A stretch of DNA of 64,000 bases, taken from the human T2T-CHM13v2.0 reference genome, Homo sapiens. Under the pieces are notes generated by a model. That model was not told the origin of the DNA and did no database searches. It was given only the letters and a program-made list of their open reading frames with translations. This document shows, one piece after another, positions 1-18,131 of this stretch. The DNA is taken from NCBI RefSeq assembly GCF_009914755.1, contig NC_060930.1. One strand, 5' to 3'. A program made the position numbers and the translations under genes. The stretch's first letter is position 1. The number at the start of each line of letters is the position of its first letter.

Positions 1-448
1 GGGTATGGGGCAAGGATCACATCTAATACTTGTGTTCCTCATCCTCTATTATATGGTGTTATTCATGATTCAACTGATCTTAACAAAATTCCTAGCAGTG
101 GAACCTTGAAATGCATGTGACTAGATTTATGCTAAAATGATTCAGTTAGCATTTTAGTAACACTTCAAATGATTTTTTGTTCATTTTCTAGACCAAATAC
201 AAGGTTAGGATTAATTAGAAGAAGCAATCTAGTTAAATTTCCCATTTGTATTTTATTTTCTTGAATACTTTTTTTTATAGTTGTTTAAAAAAATTTTTAA
301 ATCATTGCACTTTGGTCAGAAAAATAATAAATATATTTTATAAATGTTTGATTCCTTTCCTTGCTATTTGTATTCAGTAAATTATTGTTTTGGCATCATG
401 TTGAAGCACTGAAAGACGAATAATCTTTAAAAGGCTTAAAAAAAAAAA
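1..448 (+). pseudogene. 3' end of a probable processed pseudogene (AT-rich 3'UTR-like sequence resembling the CMPK1 3'UTR), cut off by the window edge
   Basis: Non-repeat AT-rich UTR-like sequence with AATAAA at 326-331, ending in an A-tract at 438-448 that abuts an Alu right arm. Parent gene assigned from recalled similarity only. Confidence 0.5.
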
Positions 449-508
449 GCCAGGTGTGGTGGCGTGCACTTATAGTCCTAGCCTTGGGAGGCTGAGGAAG
501 GAGGATCA

Positions 509-658
<150 letters not shown>

Positions 659-1125
659 CTAACTTCACCCTCTCCCGGTAACCTGCGCCACCTCCAGGCA
701 CTTTTCCCTATAGTGGCTGCTGTAGCATGGCTTGTTCAGCTTTTCTTTCATCTCCTTCTGGTGTCCCTTCCTGCACTGCAGGGCAGGAAAGCTAAACACT
801 AGAGTGGTAGACCTAGGTGTGATTGCTGATCACATGCACTGCCTAAAGCCTAATCTTCATGGAGGTAAGGGAGGGCAGTGGCATTTTTGGGAGGCATACT
901 TTTTTTGTTTTGTTTTGGCTAGGGAAGACACAGGCAATACTTTTTTTTTTTTTTTTTAGAGACAGGGGTGTTGCCCAGGCTGGAGTATAGTGCTATGATC
1001 ATAGCTCACTGTAACCCCAAACTCCTAGGTTTAAGTGATCCTCCCACCTCAGCCTCCTGAGTAGCTGGGACTATAAGGTGCACACCACCACACCCAGCTA
1101 ATTTTTTTTTTTTTTTTTTTTGTAG

Positions 1126-1242
<117 letters not shown>

Positions 1243-1316
1243 TAGGCAATAGTTTTGCTGGAGTGCAGTGATGCAATCATAGCTCACTACAGCCTCAATC
1301 TCCCAGACTCAAATGA

Positions 1317-1583
<267 letters not shown>

Positions 1584-1887
1584 TGATGACTACCTACCTC
1601 CTCACCTGCCTGAATGGCGGCAGGGGTAGTAGCTCCCCTGGTAGCACAGTTCTGCAGGGTTGTTTTGTTTTGTTTTTTAAGTCATTCCTGGAGGCTCAGT
1701 CTGGTTTCCACTCTTGCAGTCATTTCAATGTCTTCGTCAGCCCTCAATTATCTGTATTACATTCCTTTCTGCTTAAAATAAGTAGGATGGTATCTGTTAT
1801 CTGCAACTGAGCTCTGATAAGGTACCTGACATACGATAGGTATCACTAAACGTTTGTTGAATACATGAATGAATGATGAATGAATAG

Positions 1888-2149
<262 letters not shown>

Positions 2150-2568
2150 TAGCTGGGGTTACAGGCACGTGCCACCACGCCCGGCTAATTTTTGTATTTT
2201 TAGTAGAGACGGGGTTTCATCATGTTGGTCAGGCTGGTCTGGAACTCCTGACCTCGTGATCTGCCTGCCTCAGCCTCCCAAAGTGTTGGGATTACAGGCA
2301 TGAACCACCATGCCCAGCCCCTAACCAGCACTTTTAAAAGATGAAATAGAAAAGAATAGAAAATCTCAGATAAGATCACATATGGTAAATGTAAGTATTG
2401 TTTTGTGAAACTTTAGTTCCATACACACACCTACACATTGTATATATGCACGAGCACACACATGTTTGCAGTGGTGATCATCAAACCAGCATAACACAGA
2501 CACCAACTAATTGGAGCTACTAGTTGTCTGAATACCTGTGTGAAATGTACCTTTACCATGGGTTGTAG

Positions 2569-3018
<450 letters not shown>

Positions 3019-4687
3019 TGAGCCACCGCGCCCGGCCCAGGTATGGTCTTAAGCAGAGCAATCCTCCGTGTATGGCAACTTGGGATGTTGTGGGCACCTA
3101 TAATTCTGCCCACTCAGCATCCATGTCCTATTCCTCAGGAAACAGCAACCCCCTATATCCCTGCCTTTGGGGAGCTGCCCTGTTCAGGTTCCATGAGGTT
3201 CTGGTCCCTAGTCCCCCTGGTCTTCTAGGAATTTCTAGATGGGTGCTGAAGGGAGGTGCATAGAGCTGTGCACAGCTCCCTGCTCCCCCCCACAGAGAGC
3301 AGGCTTCCTCCCTGAGAGGAAATGAGGCTGCCTGAAGGCTGAAGCTGAAGAGAGAGACACCTGTCAGTGGTTCCTCTTTGGAGCCTTGAGGCCAGCCTGG
3401 TGACTGACCCAATACTGTTTCTTTTGCTTTTTATTGTTAAAATTACATACTTTGGCTTGAATTCTTTCACTTGCAGCTACAGGAGTTGTGATTCCCTCAT
3501 GGCTCCTTGAGGTAAGCAAGGGGCCCTCACTGCCAAGGCGACTAGGCACAAATGTGGCTCAGCCTCACCGAGTGGGAGAAGGAAGGGGCTCTAGAGCCAG
3601 CGAGTCTACACATGCACCCTACGCACAGGTGGTGTGGGCAGGGTGGCAGCACGGGGCATTCCCCTGCTATGTCCCCTCTGGAGACCTCTCTGTGCATGAA
3701 CCTTTTGCCTGAACACAGAGGTTGTAGGGAGCCCTCCTTGGCCCGTCTGAGGAAGGCCCCTGTCATAGGCTAAGCTGCTTGGAAAAGCTCAGTCCCCTCC
3801 CATGGGTGAAGGCAATGGGGCAGCACACCTGGCCGCCAGACACCACTGCCCACTCTGTCCTTCAGGCCAAAGCCCTAGGGTCAAAGGGCCAGCCCAGTCC
3901 AGGAGGAGGCGGCAGGTCAGCTCCCTCTTCTCCCTCCAGGCCTGTCTTTCTCCCAAGCTGAGCTGATAGCCTCTCAGCAGGGCCAGCCTGTCCCGGGAAG
4001 AAGTAAAATGAGAAGTGTGTGTTCTGAGCCCTGCCCCTGGTTCAGAGTATGTTGTGTGGGTGGGGTGACTAGAAGCTGGGAAAGAGCTGATCTCCCTTGG
4101 GCATGCTGGGCCTCTCCTTCTAGAGACCCTCCTGTCCTCACAGACAGAGCAGGGCAACCCCACCCTCACCCTGCACCCCTGGCTCAATGGCTCAGGTCCC
4201 CCTGCTCTGACTCTAGCATTGCCACCACCAGCCCAGCTTTCCACTGAGGAGCCACCTCAACAGGGGCTATTCCCACAGACCCTCAAGTTCCTTTGCACGC
4301 TGACCGCCCCATCTCCAATCTGTATCCCCAACAAGCAGACACCATCTCCTTGCTGTTCTACCCACAGCTACTCACTGTCACTTCCAAACCTTTGCCCACC
4401 CTGTACCCCTGGTTGGAAACCCTTAGTCTCTCTGCTTGCCAAATCCCAGTCCCCCTTCAAGGCTTAGCAAAACAGCGCGGCCCTCTCCTGCCAGGGTCCG
4501 GGACATACAACCTTGAGGCCTCCACCTCCTCACCTCCAAACACTTCCCACTCTGGTCCTCTTCTCTAGGAAGGCTTTGCTGATCTATCTTTGCATATCAA
4601 ACTCTTAGGGCACCCACTCGTTCCTCACTCTCCCCAGATTACTTTTAGAGTTCCTTCAGGAAGGACTTGAGTAATGCGCAATTTTCA

Positions 4688-5184
<497 letters not shown>

Positions 5185-7741
5185 TTAAAATATATTTTTA
5201 AATATTTTATTTTATTTTTTACCTCCAAATACCATCACCATTTTATTTAATTATTATTACTTTTTTGAGACAGTCTATCTCTGTCACCCAGATTGGAGTG
5301 CAGTGGCATGGCTCACTGCAGCCTCAACCTCCCAGGCTCGAGATCCTCTCACCTCAGCCTCCCATGTATTTGGGACCATAGGCAGATGCCACCATGCCCA
5401 GCTAATTCTTTTATTTTTTGTAGAGACAGAGGTCTCACTTTGTTGCCAGGTTGGTCTTGAACCCCTGATCGCCATTATTTCATAAAAGCACATTTTAACA
5501 CCAAAGAAGTAGAAAAGACATAATTTCAGAATAAATAATTACTTTTTAAATTAAATACATTTCCCTGCCTGGGCAATATGTTGAGACGCTACCTCTACTA
5601 AAAATGCAAGAATTAGCTGAGCGTGGTGGCGCGCGCCTGTATTCTCAGCTACTTGGAGGGGGGCTGAGGCAGGAGACTTGCTTGAACCCAGGAGGCGAAG
5701 GCTGCAGTGAGCCCAGATCGCGCCACTGCACTACAGCCTGGGTGACACCTCAAAAACAAATTTTTTTTTTAATAATAATAAATTGAATATATTTACCTTT
5801 AACAAAAACACTACTACATTATCCTTATTGTTTTCATTTTGCTGCAGACCAGTGAGAACATTGTCATGGAAACCACCACTTGCACCACCAGAAAGATGCA
5901 GAAGAAAAGAAGTGAGACGTTAGAGACTGTCAGAGGAGGGGAAGGTGAAGAGGCAGGAAATAGGGGGTAAGAAGTCCACCAGCAAGGTGCTCCCCTGTCC
6001 TGAACTGACCCCCTTCTGCTCACTGAAGTCTGAGGTGGCCAGTTTTGGGCCCTGGGCAGAGCTGTGGCCATGCTCACAGGTCAGGCAGCTCAGGGATTCC
6101 CGGCGCTGGAGACCCTGGTGATCTTGTTCCTACTCCCCCGCAATGCAGAGGTACCCTGGACATGTGCCTGTGACCGGTGCTGGCAGGCCATGGTACAGGA
6201 CTTGGAGTCAGGAGCAGAGCTAGGCCTGGCTCTGCTACTCACCAGCTGAGTTACTGGGAGAAGTCCCTGCCCTCTCTGGGCCTCGGTTTCCTCAACTGAA
6301 AATAAAGGTTCTGAACCAGTTGTTTTTGAGGAAACCGGAAGATCTCTGGCTTAAGAAAAAAAAAAGCCATGCCCATAATATTTTGTACAGAATTCCAGGG
6401 GCTTCACCACCCCTCAGGGCCTTCAGTGGGTTCCCCAGGGGCTGCTAACCCTGACACGCAGTTGCTGGCCCCTTGCCTTCAAATTTGCCACTTTCCTAAG
6501 CAGTCAACAATACTTCTCAAGTATCTAACGGTCATGGGGTATGGGCAAAGGAAGCCAGTGAAGCAGTACAAGGAAGTATCCATCCCCAGGCCTCCTCTCC
6601 AGTTCACAAATGGTCTGCGTGGATGGGTCGCTAGTCAGCCAAGGTAGCAGAACACACATATGAAGAGAGCTCAGACCGCGACTGCTGGAGCCCCCTTACT
6701 AGGTAATGATGGGAACCCCCTTACTAGGGCCAAAGCCCTCTGGCCGCCCGCAGCAGTGTAGATCAGTGGTAAGAACTTGGACCCAGGAGCTAGAATGCCC
6801 TGGATTTATATCTGACTCTGCCATTTAATCCTGTTCCTTGGGCAAGTAACTTTATCTTGAGCCTTCAGGTTCCTAGTCTGTAAAACAGGGCTAAGAGTTA
6901 CACAGCAGAAATGATAGTAGATGCTAAATATTCCAAGACTCCTTTGAATTTCCCAGCCTCCCTTGCAGAAGGTTAGAGGGTTGGGATCATGTGACTAGTT
7001 CCAGCAGGTGGTTTGTGAGTGGAGAAGGCAGGTCTTCCATGGAGACCTTGGATGCTAGTTTTTTTTTTTTTTTTGAGACAGGGTCTCACTCTGTTGCCCA
7101 TGCTGGAGTGCAGTGGCACGATCATAACTCACTGCAGCTTCAGCCTCCGGAGTAGCCAGGACTACATGCATGTGCCACCATGTCTGGCTAATTTCTTAAA
7201 TTTTTTTTGTAGCAATGAGGTCTCACTATATTGCCCAGGGCTGGCCTTGAACTCCTGAGCTCACGAGATCCTCTCAGCCGGGCATGGTGACTCCCACTGG
7301 TAATCCCAGCACTTTGCGGAGGTTGCAGTGAGCCGAGATTGTGCTATTGCACTTCAGCCTGGGCAATAGCGTGAGACTCTGTCTCAAAAAAAAAAAAAAA
7401 ACCAAAAAAACCCCCAAAACAACTGATCCTCTCTCCTTGGCCTCCCGAAGTGCTGTGAATACATGCATGAGCCACCATGCCCAGCCAGAGGCCAGTCTTA
7501 TAGATGGCTACAGGATGGAAGAAGGGTATCTTGCCCCAAATCAGACTGTACATAAAGCATTATTGTGCCAAGCCACGAAATTCCAGGAGTTCTGTTGTTA
7601 CAGCCAGTGTTAATTACTCTGTGACAGCTAGTGTTAATACAGGGAGGGCTCACGGAAATAATGGATACAAGGCCCTCTGAGTGCGGTGGGGGCTGTTATT
7701 CTTGGCTGTTATTCCCCACCAAGACAGGATTCCTCGGTTCA

Positions 7742-7930
<189 letters not shown>

Positions 7931-8460
7931 TTAAAAAAAAGCAGAAGCAGGCAGGTGGGGTGAGGTGGAAGCTTCATCCATAGGGAAGTCCTGAGGAAGG
8001 CCTGCCTCCCCCGGTTCCAGGATTGCTCTGTGCAGCTCTAGCTCTCCCTTAACCCTCCTCCCTATTCTGAGTTTTCTTCTCTTCCCACTTCTCCATTTTG
8101 CCCCCACATCTTGACTTTCACACAATTCACAGACAAATCCTTAGACAATTAATAGAATGATTAAGACTGCAAGAGATTTAAGACTTAGAGACCATCTTGT
8201 CCCACCTCCTGGTTCTTACAGAAGAGGAGAATGGGGCCTGCAGCGGGTGTGAGCAGCCCAGAGGGTGGGGCTGGATTATCCCGAAGGTAAGGGGAGAATC
8301 TGGGGCTGCAAGGGCAGACAGAGAATCAACATCAGGAAGGAAGCTCTTTTTATTTCAGCATATATGTTTTGTGCCGTTTATAAAAATAAAGTTTTGAGGC
8401 CAGGTGCGGTGGCTCACACCTGTAATCCCAGCACTTTGGGAGGCTGAAGCAGGACCATCA

Positions 8461-8703
<243 letters not shown>

Positions 8704-8779
8704 TTATCTTACAATAAAAATAGAGTTTTATCTTACAGTTTCAAGCTTCTACTTGGAAGTAACACGTATGGAGGCTCCC

Positions 8780-9250
8780 AGGGCCCCTACAGTCTGGAAT
8801 CCCGCCCGTGCGAGCCTGAGCGCCTTTCCTCCCTCCTTCCCTTCCGCAGGCGTCCTCGCCCTCCACGTCCCTCCTCCGCCGGGGTGGCCTGGGGCGCCGG
8901 GTCACGTGGCCGGGGAAGAGGTTTTATCCCGCGGCCCCTCGGAACCCCGCCGCTGCTCTGCCGCCCAGGCCCATGGCCGCAGCCCTGGCGCTCGTGGCGG
9001 GGGTCCTGTCGGGGGCGGTGCTGCCCCTCTGGAGCGCGCTTCCGCAATATAAAAAGGTGAGCCGGGGAGCGCGCCCAGCCGGCCGCGACCGCAGGAGAGG
9101 GTGGCCCCGCCGCCGGGGCACTGGAGCCCGAAGGCGCCGGGCAGCCTGAAAGGGAGAGGTGGGTCCGGAACCACACCCAGGCGGGTAGCCTGGGGCATCC
9201 TCAGACGGACTTCAAAAGCCGCTTCACTTTCCCCTGGTGGCCTCAGAGGG
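8780..9250 (+). promoter_or_regulatory. CpG island and promoter of CLPSL2
   Basis: GC- and CpG-rich block around ATG 8973. E-box GTCACGTG at 8901-8908, TTTTAT at 8922-8927. Confidence 0.75.
8973..9056 (+). CDS. CLPSL2: Colipase-like protein 2, coding exon 1 (signal peptide)
   Basis: MAAALALVAGVLSGAVLPLWSALPQYKK, 84 nt, Kozak ccATGG, donor AAG|gtgagc. join(8973..9056,9813..9935,11709..11804) gives 100 aa. Confidence 0.95.
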
Positions 9251-9812
9251 GAGAGAAATTGGCCTATGACCAGCACCCTCGCTCCCTCCACCTCCCCCGC
9301 CCGTGCCCCTTCCGATGGCCTCAGTCCTGGGCTCGCTTCCCTCCCCAAACTGCTCACAGGCAAACCCACCCTGCATGCTCTGGTTTCTCCTCCTCTTCTT
9401 CCACCTCCTCTCACTGTCTAGTGATTCTTCCAGGCACGAGGGCTCTCCCCTTTTCTCCTCTTTCTCTCCCTCTTTTTCGAGCCCGCAGCCCCTTCATTCT
9501 CATCCCCCAACCCTGCCCCGCAAAATGGGACTTAAGAGTACACACCCCATGGGACTCATGGAGGTGAGGGGGGTCCAGGAAAGGAGAGGCCGAGGGAAAA
9601 GTGCTAATCCCCCTCTCCTCCTCTCTGCTGCCCTGGGTCCTGCTGAGGGGCCGGGGTGGGGCTGGGGGGGGAACCAGCCCCCCAAGGGGTGACAACCTCA
9701 TGACTTCTCCTGGATCCCTGGGCTCTTTGGCAATGGTGGGAACCCTCCCCTACCCGCCCACACGACTCAGGGATTGCTCCCAGCCTGGCAGACATTCTGC
9801 CTGTCCCCACAG

Positions 9813-9935
9813 AAAATCACAGACAGGTGCTTCCACCACTCTGAGTGCTACAGTGGCTGCTGCCTCATGGACTTGGACTCCGGTGGAGCCTTCTGTGCCC
9901 CCAGGGCCAGAATAACCATGATCTGCTTGCCCCAG
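9813..9935 (+). CDS. CLPSL2: Colipase-like protein 2, coding exon 2
   Basis: cacag|AAA...CAG|gtgag, 123 nt: KITDRCFHHSECYSGCCLMDLDSGGAFCAPRARITMICLPQ. Cys spacing identical to colipase exon 2. Confidence 0.95.
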
Positions 9936-10039
9936 GTGAGGCCCTAGTATGGGGCAACTTCTGGCAAGTAGAGAAGCGGGCAGGGAGGTTAAAAAAAAAA
10001 CACCTGGCCCCACCTGTTTTTTCACCTCTGTCTGGAGTG

Positions 10040-10635
<596 letters not shown>

Positions 10636-11126
10636 ATCTCTTCTCTCACACCACTGAGGCAGGGTAAGTAGGAAATGACCTTCCCCTTACTAGTCCCCAT
10701 CTCCCTGCCACAGTGACATGATTTCTTGAGAGGAGCATGGCACTGCAGTGGCAGGACCACAGCTTTGCAGTTGGACCTGAGTTTAAATCCTGACTTTTCC
10801 ACACCCTATCTTTGTGACTTCAAGCAGGTCATCATGGCTCTCTGAGCCTTAGTTTCCTCATCTACAAGGAGAGGCTAAAGTACCTACCCCACCAGGCTGT
10901 TGGGAAGATTATGTGGTCCTGGCAAGGAGAGTGTGCAGTCCAGCATGGTTGTCACTCGCTTTTAGGAATGCAGGGAGCAGAATGCTCAGTACGCCCTGTT
11001 CCTGCCCACCTGGCCCTGGGCCCAAACCTTTCTAGGATGGATGGACCCAGCCTCTATGTCCCTGTGTGGGGAGTTGCCAATGCCCTAAGGAAGCAGCAGG
11101 GCCCCTACCATGGCCTGACCCTATAG

Positions 11127-11519
<393 letters not shown>

Positions 11520-11708
11520 TGACAGATGAGGAAACCGAGCTGGAGAGGTTCATTGACTTGCTGAAGGTCACGCAGTTATAAGCTGTAGAGACAGCCCAGG
11601 TCTGTCTTACTCCAGGCCTGGTACTCTTGGTTCTGGTCCCCAAGAAGTTTAAGTCCCCATCCTTCCTGCATCCTGGTGACTCCCAATTCTCATACCCACT
11701 CCCTGCAG

Positions 11709-11804
11709 ACCAAGGGAGCTACCAACATCATCTGCCCTTGCCGGATGGGCTTGACGTGCATATCCAAGGACTTGATGTGTTCCCGCCGGTGCCATATGAT
11801 TTAG
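11709..11804 (+). CDS. CLPSL2: Colipase-like protein 2, coding exon 3
   Basis: ctgcag|ACC, TKGATNIICPCRMGLTCISKDLMCSRRCHMI*, TAG at 11802-11804. Confidence 0.95.
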   Translation, partial: TKGATNIICPCRMGLTCISKDLMCSRRCHMI

Positions 11805-11887
11805 AGGAAGATGCAGGCTGGTCACTGCTCCCTTGGGGCCATAGGCCCTGGTTGCCACCAACTTGCTCCAAATCCAGCTCCTGAGAC

Positions 11888-11893
11888 ATTAAA
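11888..11893 (+). terminator. CLPSL2 polyadenylation signal ATTAAA
   Basis: ATTAAA 84 nt after the stop, followed by T/GT-rich sequence. Confidence 0.7.
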
Positions 11894-12449
11894 GTCACTT
11901 CCTGTCCTTGGCCTCTGTCTGTACTTTCTGGGCGAGGGGACCTGGTGGAGATTGTACCAGTCCAGGGGGCAGGCAAAAGGGGAGACTGGAGGCATGAATG
12001 AGCTTCTAATGGGATTTGGCCCTGTCCGGAGGTCAGGGTAGAACTGCAGGAAGGGAATGGCACAGGGAGGGTGTGGTGGAGCAGGGGCTGGGTCTGGGAA
12101 AGGGCTGATTCTCTGGTTGGAGGGCTGTGTGGGAGAGACGGGATTGAGGAATGTACCTGGAGAGTGTATGTTGGGGTGCCTATGGAGGGGTGTGTGGTAG
12201 GGAGAGACTAGGTGGAGGTATCTGAATGTTTTGCGGGGCGGGTTGTGGGGCACAAAAGGGTAGAGATCATTAGAGAGTTGGTGAGAATGTGCAAAGTATA
12301 AATGCAGAAATGCCTGTGGTGGGAAAGGGACCTGGTGCATGGATGCCTCCGCTCTCTCAGGTATTGTCGGTTCACTGCATGGACAAAGAAACTGAGGCCC
12401 AGAGAAGCGACATGACTTGCCCTAGGTCATATCATTGGGGTAGCAGTGA

Positions 12450-13330
<881 letters not shown>

Positions 13331-13461
13331 CAGGATGGGAAAATTCTGACGGGGTTGGGTGCTGGTTTTACATGGTGTTCCCACAGCTGGGAGGACACCC
13401 ACATGGTCGGCGTGCAGGATATTTCGCTGGACCCTAGAAAAGCCACCACGACCTGTGGGCC

Positions 13462-13560
13462 ATGATGCTACCCCAATGGCTGCTGCTGCTGTTCCTTCTC
13501 TTCTCCTTTCTCTTCCTCCTCACCAGGGGCTCACTTTCTCCAACAAAATACAACCTTTTG
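13462..13560 (+). CDS. CLPSL1: Colipase-like protein 1, coding exon 1 (hydrophobic signal peptide)
   Basis: MMLPQWLLLLFLLFSFLFLLTRGSLSPTKYNLL, 99 nt, donor TTG|gtaaga. join(13462..13560,19351..19473,20220..20363) gives 121 aa. Confidence 0.95.
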
Positions 13561-14077
13561 GTAAGAAAGCTGGAGAGTGCAGTCACCTCCCCCTCCACTG
13601 TCCTAAGGCCTGTACTATTTGGGGAGGTGAGCGGGCATGGGGGCTAGTGTGGGAGAAGGCCAGAAGTGGGGGCAGCAGGGAGTGTTGGGTGGAAGATGTC
13701 TCGGAGGAAAGAGAGAACAACCTGGTCCTGGAAGCTGTGCCAGGGCAGTGCCAGGTGCTGCTACCACAGAGGTGAATGTGAGAGAGCCCCCCTGCCCATG
13801 CGCACATGTGGTAAGGGAGACAGATATTCACTCATGCAACACATTTTTATTGAGCACCTACTATATGTAAATTATTTTTCTACATTTAGTGATAGGGCTG
13901 TGAGCAAGAAAGATAAAAATCCTTGCCCTTGTAGAGCTGTCACTCTAGTGTGTGAGGCAAAGAAGTAAAACATTACAATAGATGCTATTAATAATAGCAT
14001 CTATCTCAGGTGATAAGCAAGGAAAGGGAAAATAAGAATCGAGCTGTGGGAGTGGTGGTGTGAGAAGGGTTTGCAGG

Positions 14078-14108
<31 letters not shown>

Positions 14109-15523
14109 TTTTTGGGACAGAGTCTTGCTTTGTCACCCAGGCTGGAGTGCAGTGGGGCAATCTCGGCTCACTGCAAACTTAGCCTCCTGAGTTCAAGCGA
14201 TTCCCCTGCCTCAGCCTCCCGAGTAGCTGAGATTACAGGCACCCACTGCCACGCCCAGCTAATTTTTTTTTCTGTATTTTTAGTAGAGACAGGGTTTCAC
14301 CGTATTGGTCAGGCTGGTCTTGAACTCCTGACCTCAAGCAATCCACCCGCCTTGGCCTCCCAAAGTGCTAGGATTACAGGCGTAAGCCACCGCACCTGGC
14401 CAGGGTTTGCAGTTTTAAATGGGGTGCTCAGGGAAGAGTTTACTAAGAATGTGAAATTTTAGCAAAGACCTAAAGGGAGGGAAGTCCTTCCTAACCGGCA
14501 AAGCAGGGAGGTCTCTGGGAGAAGAGCATTCAAGGTGGAGGGAACAGCCAGGGCAAAGGTCTGGGGGTGGAAATGTGCTGGCATATTCAAGGAATAGCAA
14601 AGAGGAGTAAGAGAGAGTGGAAATCATGGGAGATGAGCTCAGAGAGATAAATGGAACACAGTTACAATATTCTCATTTATTCAACAGTTATGCATTCAGC
14701 ACCTGCAATGTGTAAGGACTTTAGTCCAAGGGGGCTAAGAAATATAGCAGTGAACATGAGAGCAGAAGATCCATGTCCCAGAGCTGAGGTTGCTAGCGGG
14801 GGAAATAAATTATTTTTAAACATATAAATAAGATGATTTCAGAGAGTCATAAGTGTTGTGAACAAAGTACAACCAGGTGATGGGGACTGCTCTGCTGGTG
14901 TCCAGGAAGTCTTCAGCCTGAGGCAGGAGGGGGAGGCAGCCGGGCAAAGAGTGCAGGACAGGGTGCTCTGGGCAGAGGGCCAGCAAGCGCAAATGCCCTG
15001 GGGCCAGGCCAGGTGTGGATTCAGAGCCCCAGTGATGGCTTTGAATCCAGAGAATGGCATTGTGGGAATTATCTTTTAAAAAAGACTCCTCTAGCTATTC
15101 TGGGAAGAACTGACTTGAGGAGGTTGGGGAGGTGGAAGTGAGAGTGGGGATGGTGAGGGGGTACCTGGGGGAGGTCACTGGCAAGGATGGAAGCAGGGAG
15201 GCCGGGAGGCGGCTATAGCCAATCCTCCTTTCCTGCCTTATTTTCTTTATAGCACATAATCGTACATAATAGGATTATACATATATAATATAAATATTAC
15301 TTATTGTTATGTATATAACATATGTGGTAAAAATCACACCTTACTAGGTGCTCAGATCTTGAGTTTACATGGAAATCAATGGATTCGAACCTATGCAGAC
15401 CCCCTCATCACTACCGTCAGAACAAGATATAGGACATTTTCATTACCCCAAAAGCCTCACTCTTACTCTCCTAGTCAATAGCACCAAAGGCAACTGTCTC
15501 CTGACTTCCATTATTATAGATTA

Positions 15524-15934
<411 letters not shown>

Positions 15935-16051
15935 TCACGAGGTCAGGAGATCAAGACCATCCTGGCTAACACAGTGAAACCCTGTCTCTACTAAAAATAC
16001 AAAAAAAATTAGCTGCGCGTGGTGGCGGGTGCCTGTAATCCCAGCTACTCA

Positions 16052-16183
<132 letters not shown>

Positions 16184-16289
16184 CTATTTTGCTCAACGTT
16201 TTTTCTGTGATACCGTATCATTTCACTTATGTATCTCTTCCCTGTCTTCCCTCTCTAGAGCTGTGTGTGTCCAATAGTGCAGTTACTAG

Positions 16290-16907
16290 TGTGAACCCAA
16301 AATATCTGAGACAGGTCTCAGTCAATTTAGAAAGTTTATTTTGCCAAGGTTAGGGACACACCTGTGATACAGCCTCAGGTGGCTGGGGTGCACCTTGCTT
16401 TTTTTTTGTTTTTTGTTTTTTGGGGTATAGCTTGCTTTTATACACATTGGGGAGACATAATATGTCAATCAGTACCTGTAAGATTTACATTCGTTTGATC
16501 TGGAAGGGTGGGACAACTTGAAGTGGGGGGCATGACTTCCATTCCAGGTCATAGGTAGATTTAAACAAATTCTGATTGGCAGTTGGTTGAACAGCTATTA
16601 TCAGCAGAAGGGAATGTCTGGGTTAAGATAAGGGGTTGTGGAGAGCAAGGTTTTATCATGCAGATGAAGCCTCCAGTAATAGGCTTCATAGAAAATAGAT
16701 TGTACATGTTTCTGATCAGACTTAAGGTCTTTGTTAATGTTAATGCTGGAGGGGTATTAATGAGGCATGTCCAACCCCCACTTCCCGTCATGGCCTGAAC
16801 CAGTCTTTCAGGTTAAATTTTAGAGTGCCCTGGCCAAGGAAGGAGTCGACTGAGATGGCTGTGGATTGGTGGTGGTGGGAGGCTTCAAATTTTATTTTTA
16901 GTTTACA
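16290..16907 (-). mobile_element. ERV1 solo LTR, MER4A-like
   Basis: TG...CA termini with a perfect 4-bp TSD ctag (16286-16289 and 16908-16911). Minus-strand start tgtaaactaaaaataaaatt. Confidence 0.8.
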
Positions 16908-17082
16908 CTAGCCACATATAGTTACTTAGATTTACATTGATTAAAATTCAACAAAATTTAAAATTCAAGCCAGGTGTGGTGGTTCATGGCTGTAATCCCA
17001 ACATTTTGGGAGGCCAAGGTGGGAGGATTGTTTGAGCCCAGAGGTTCGAGACCAACCTGGGCAACAAAGCAAGACTCCTGTC

Positions 17083-18131
<1,049 letters not shown>

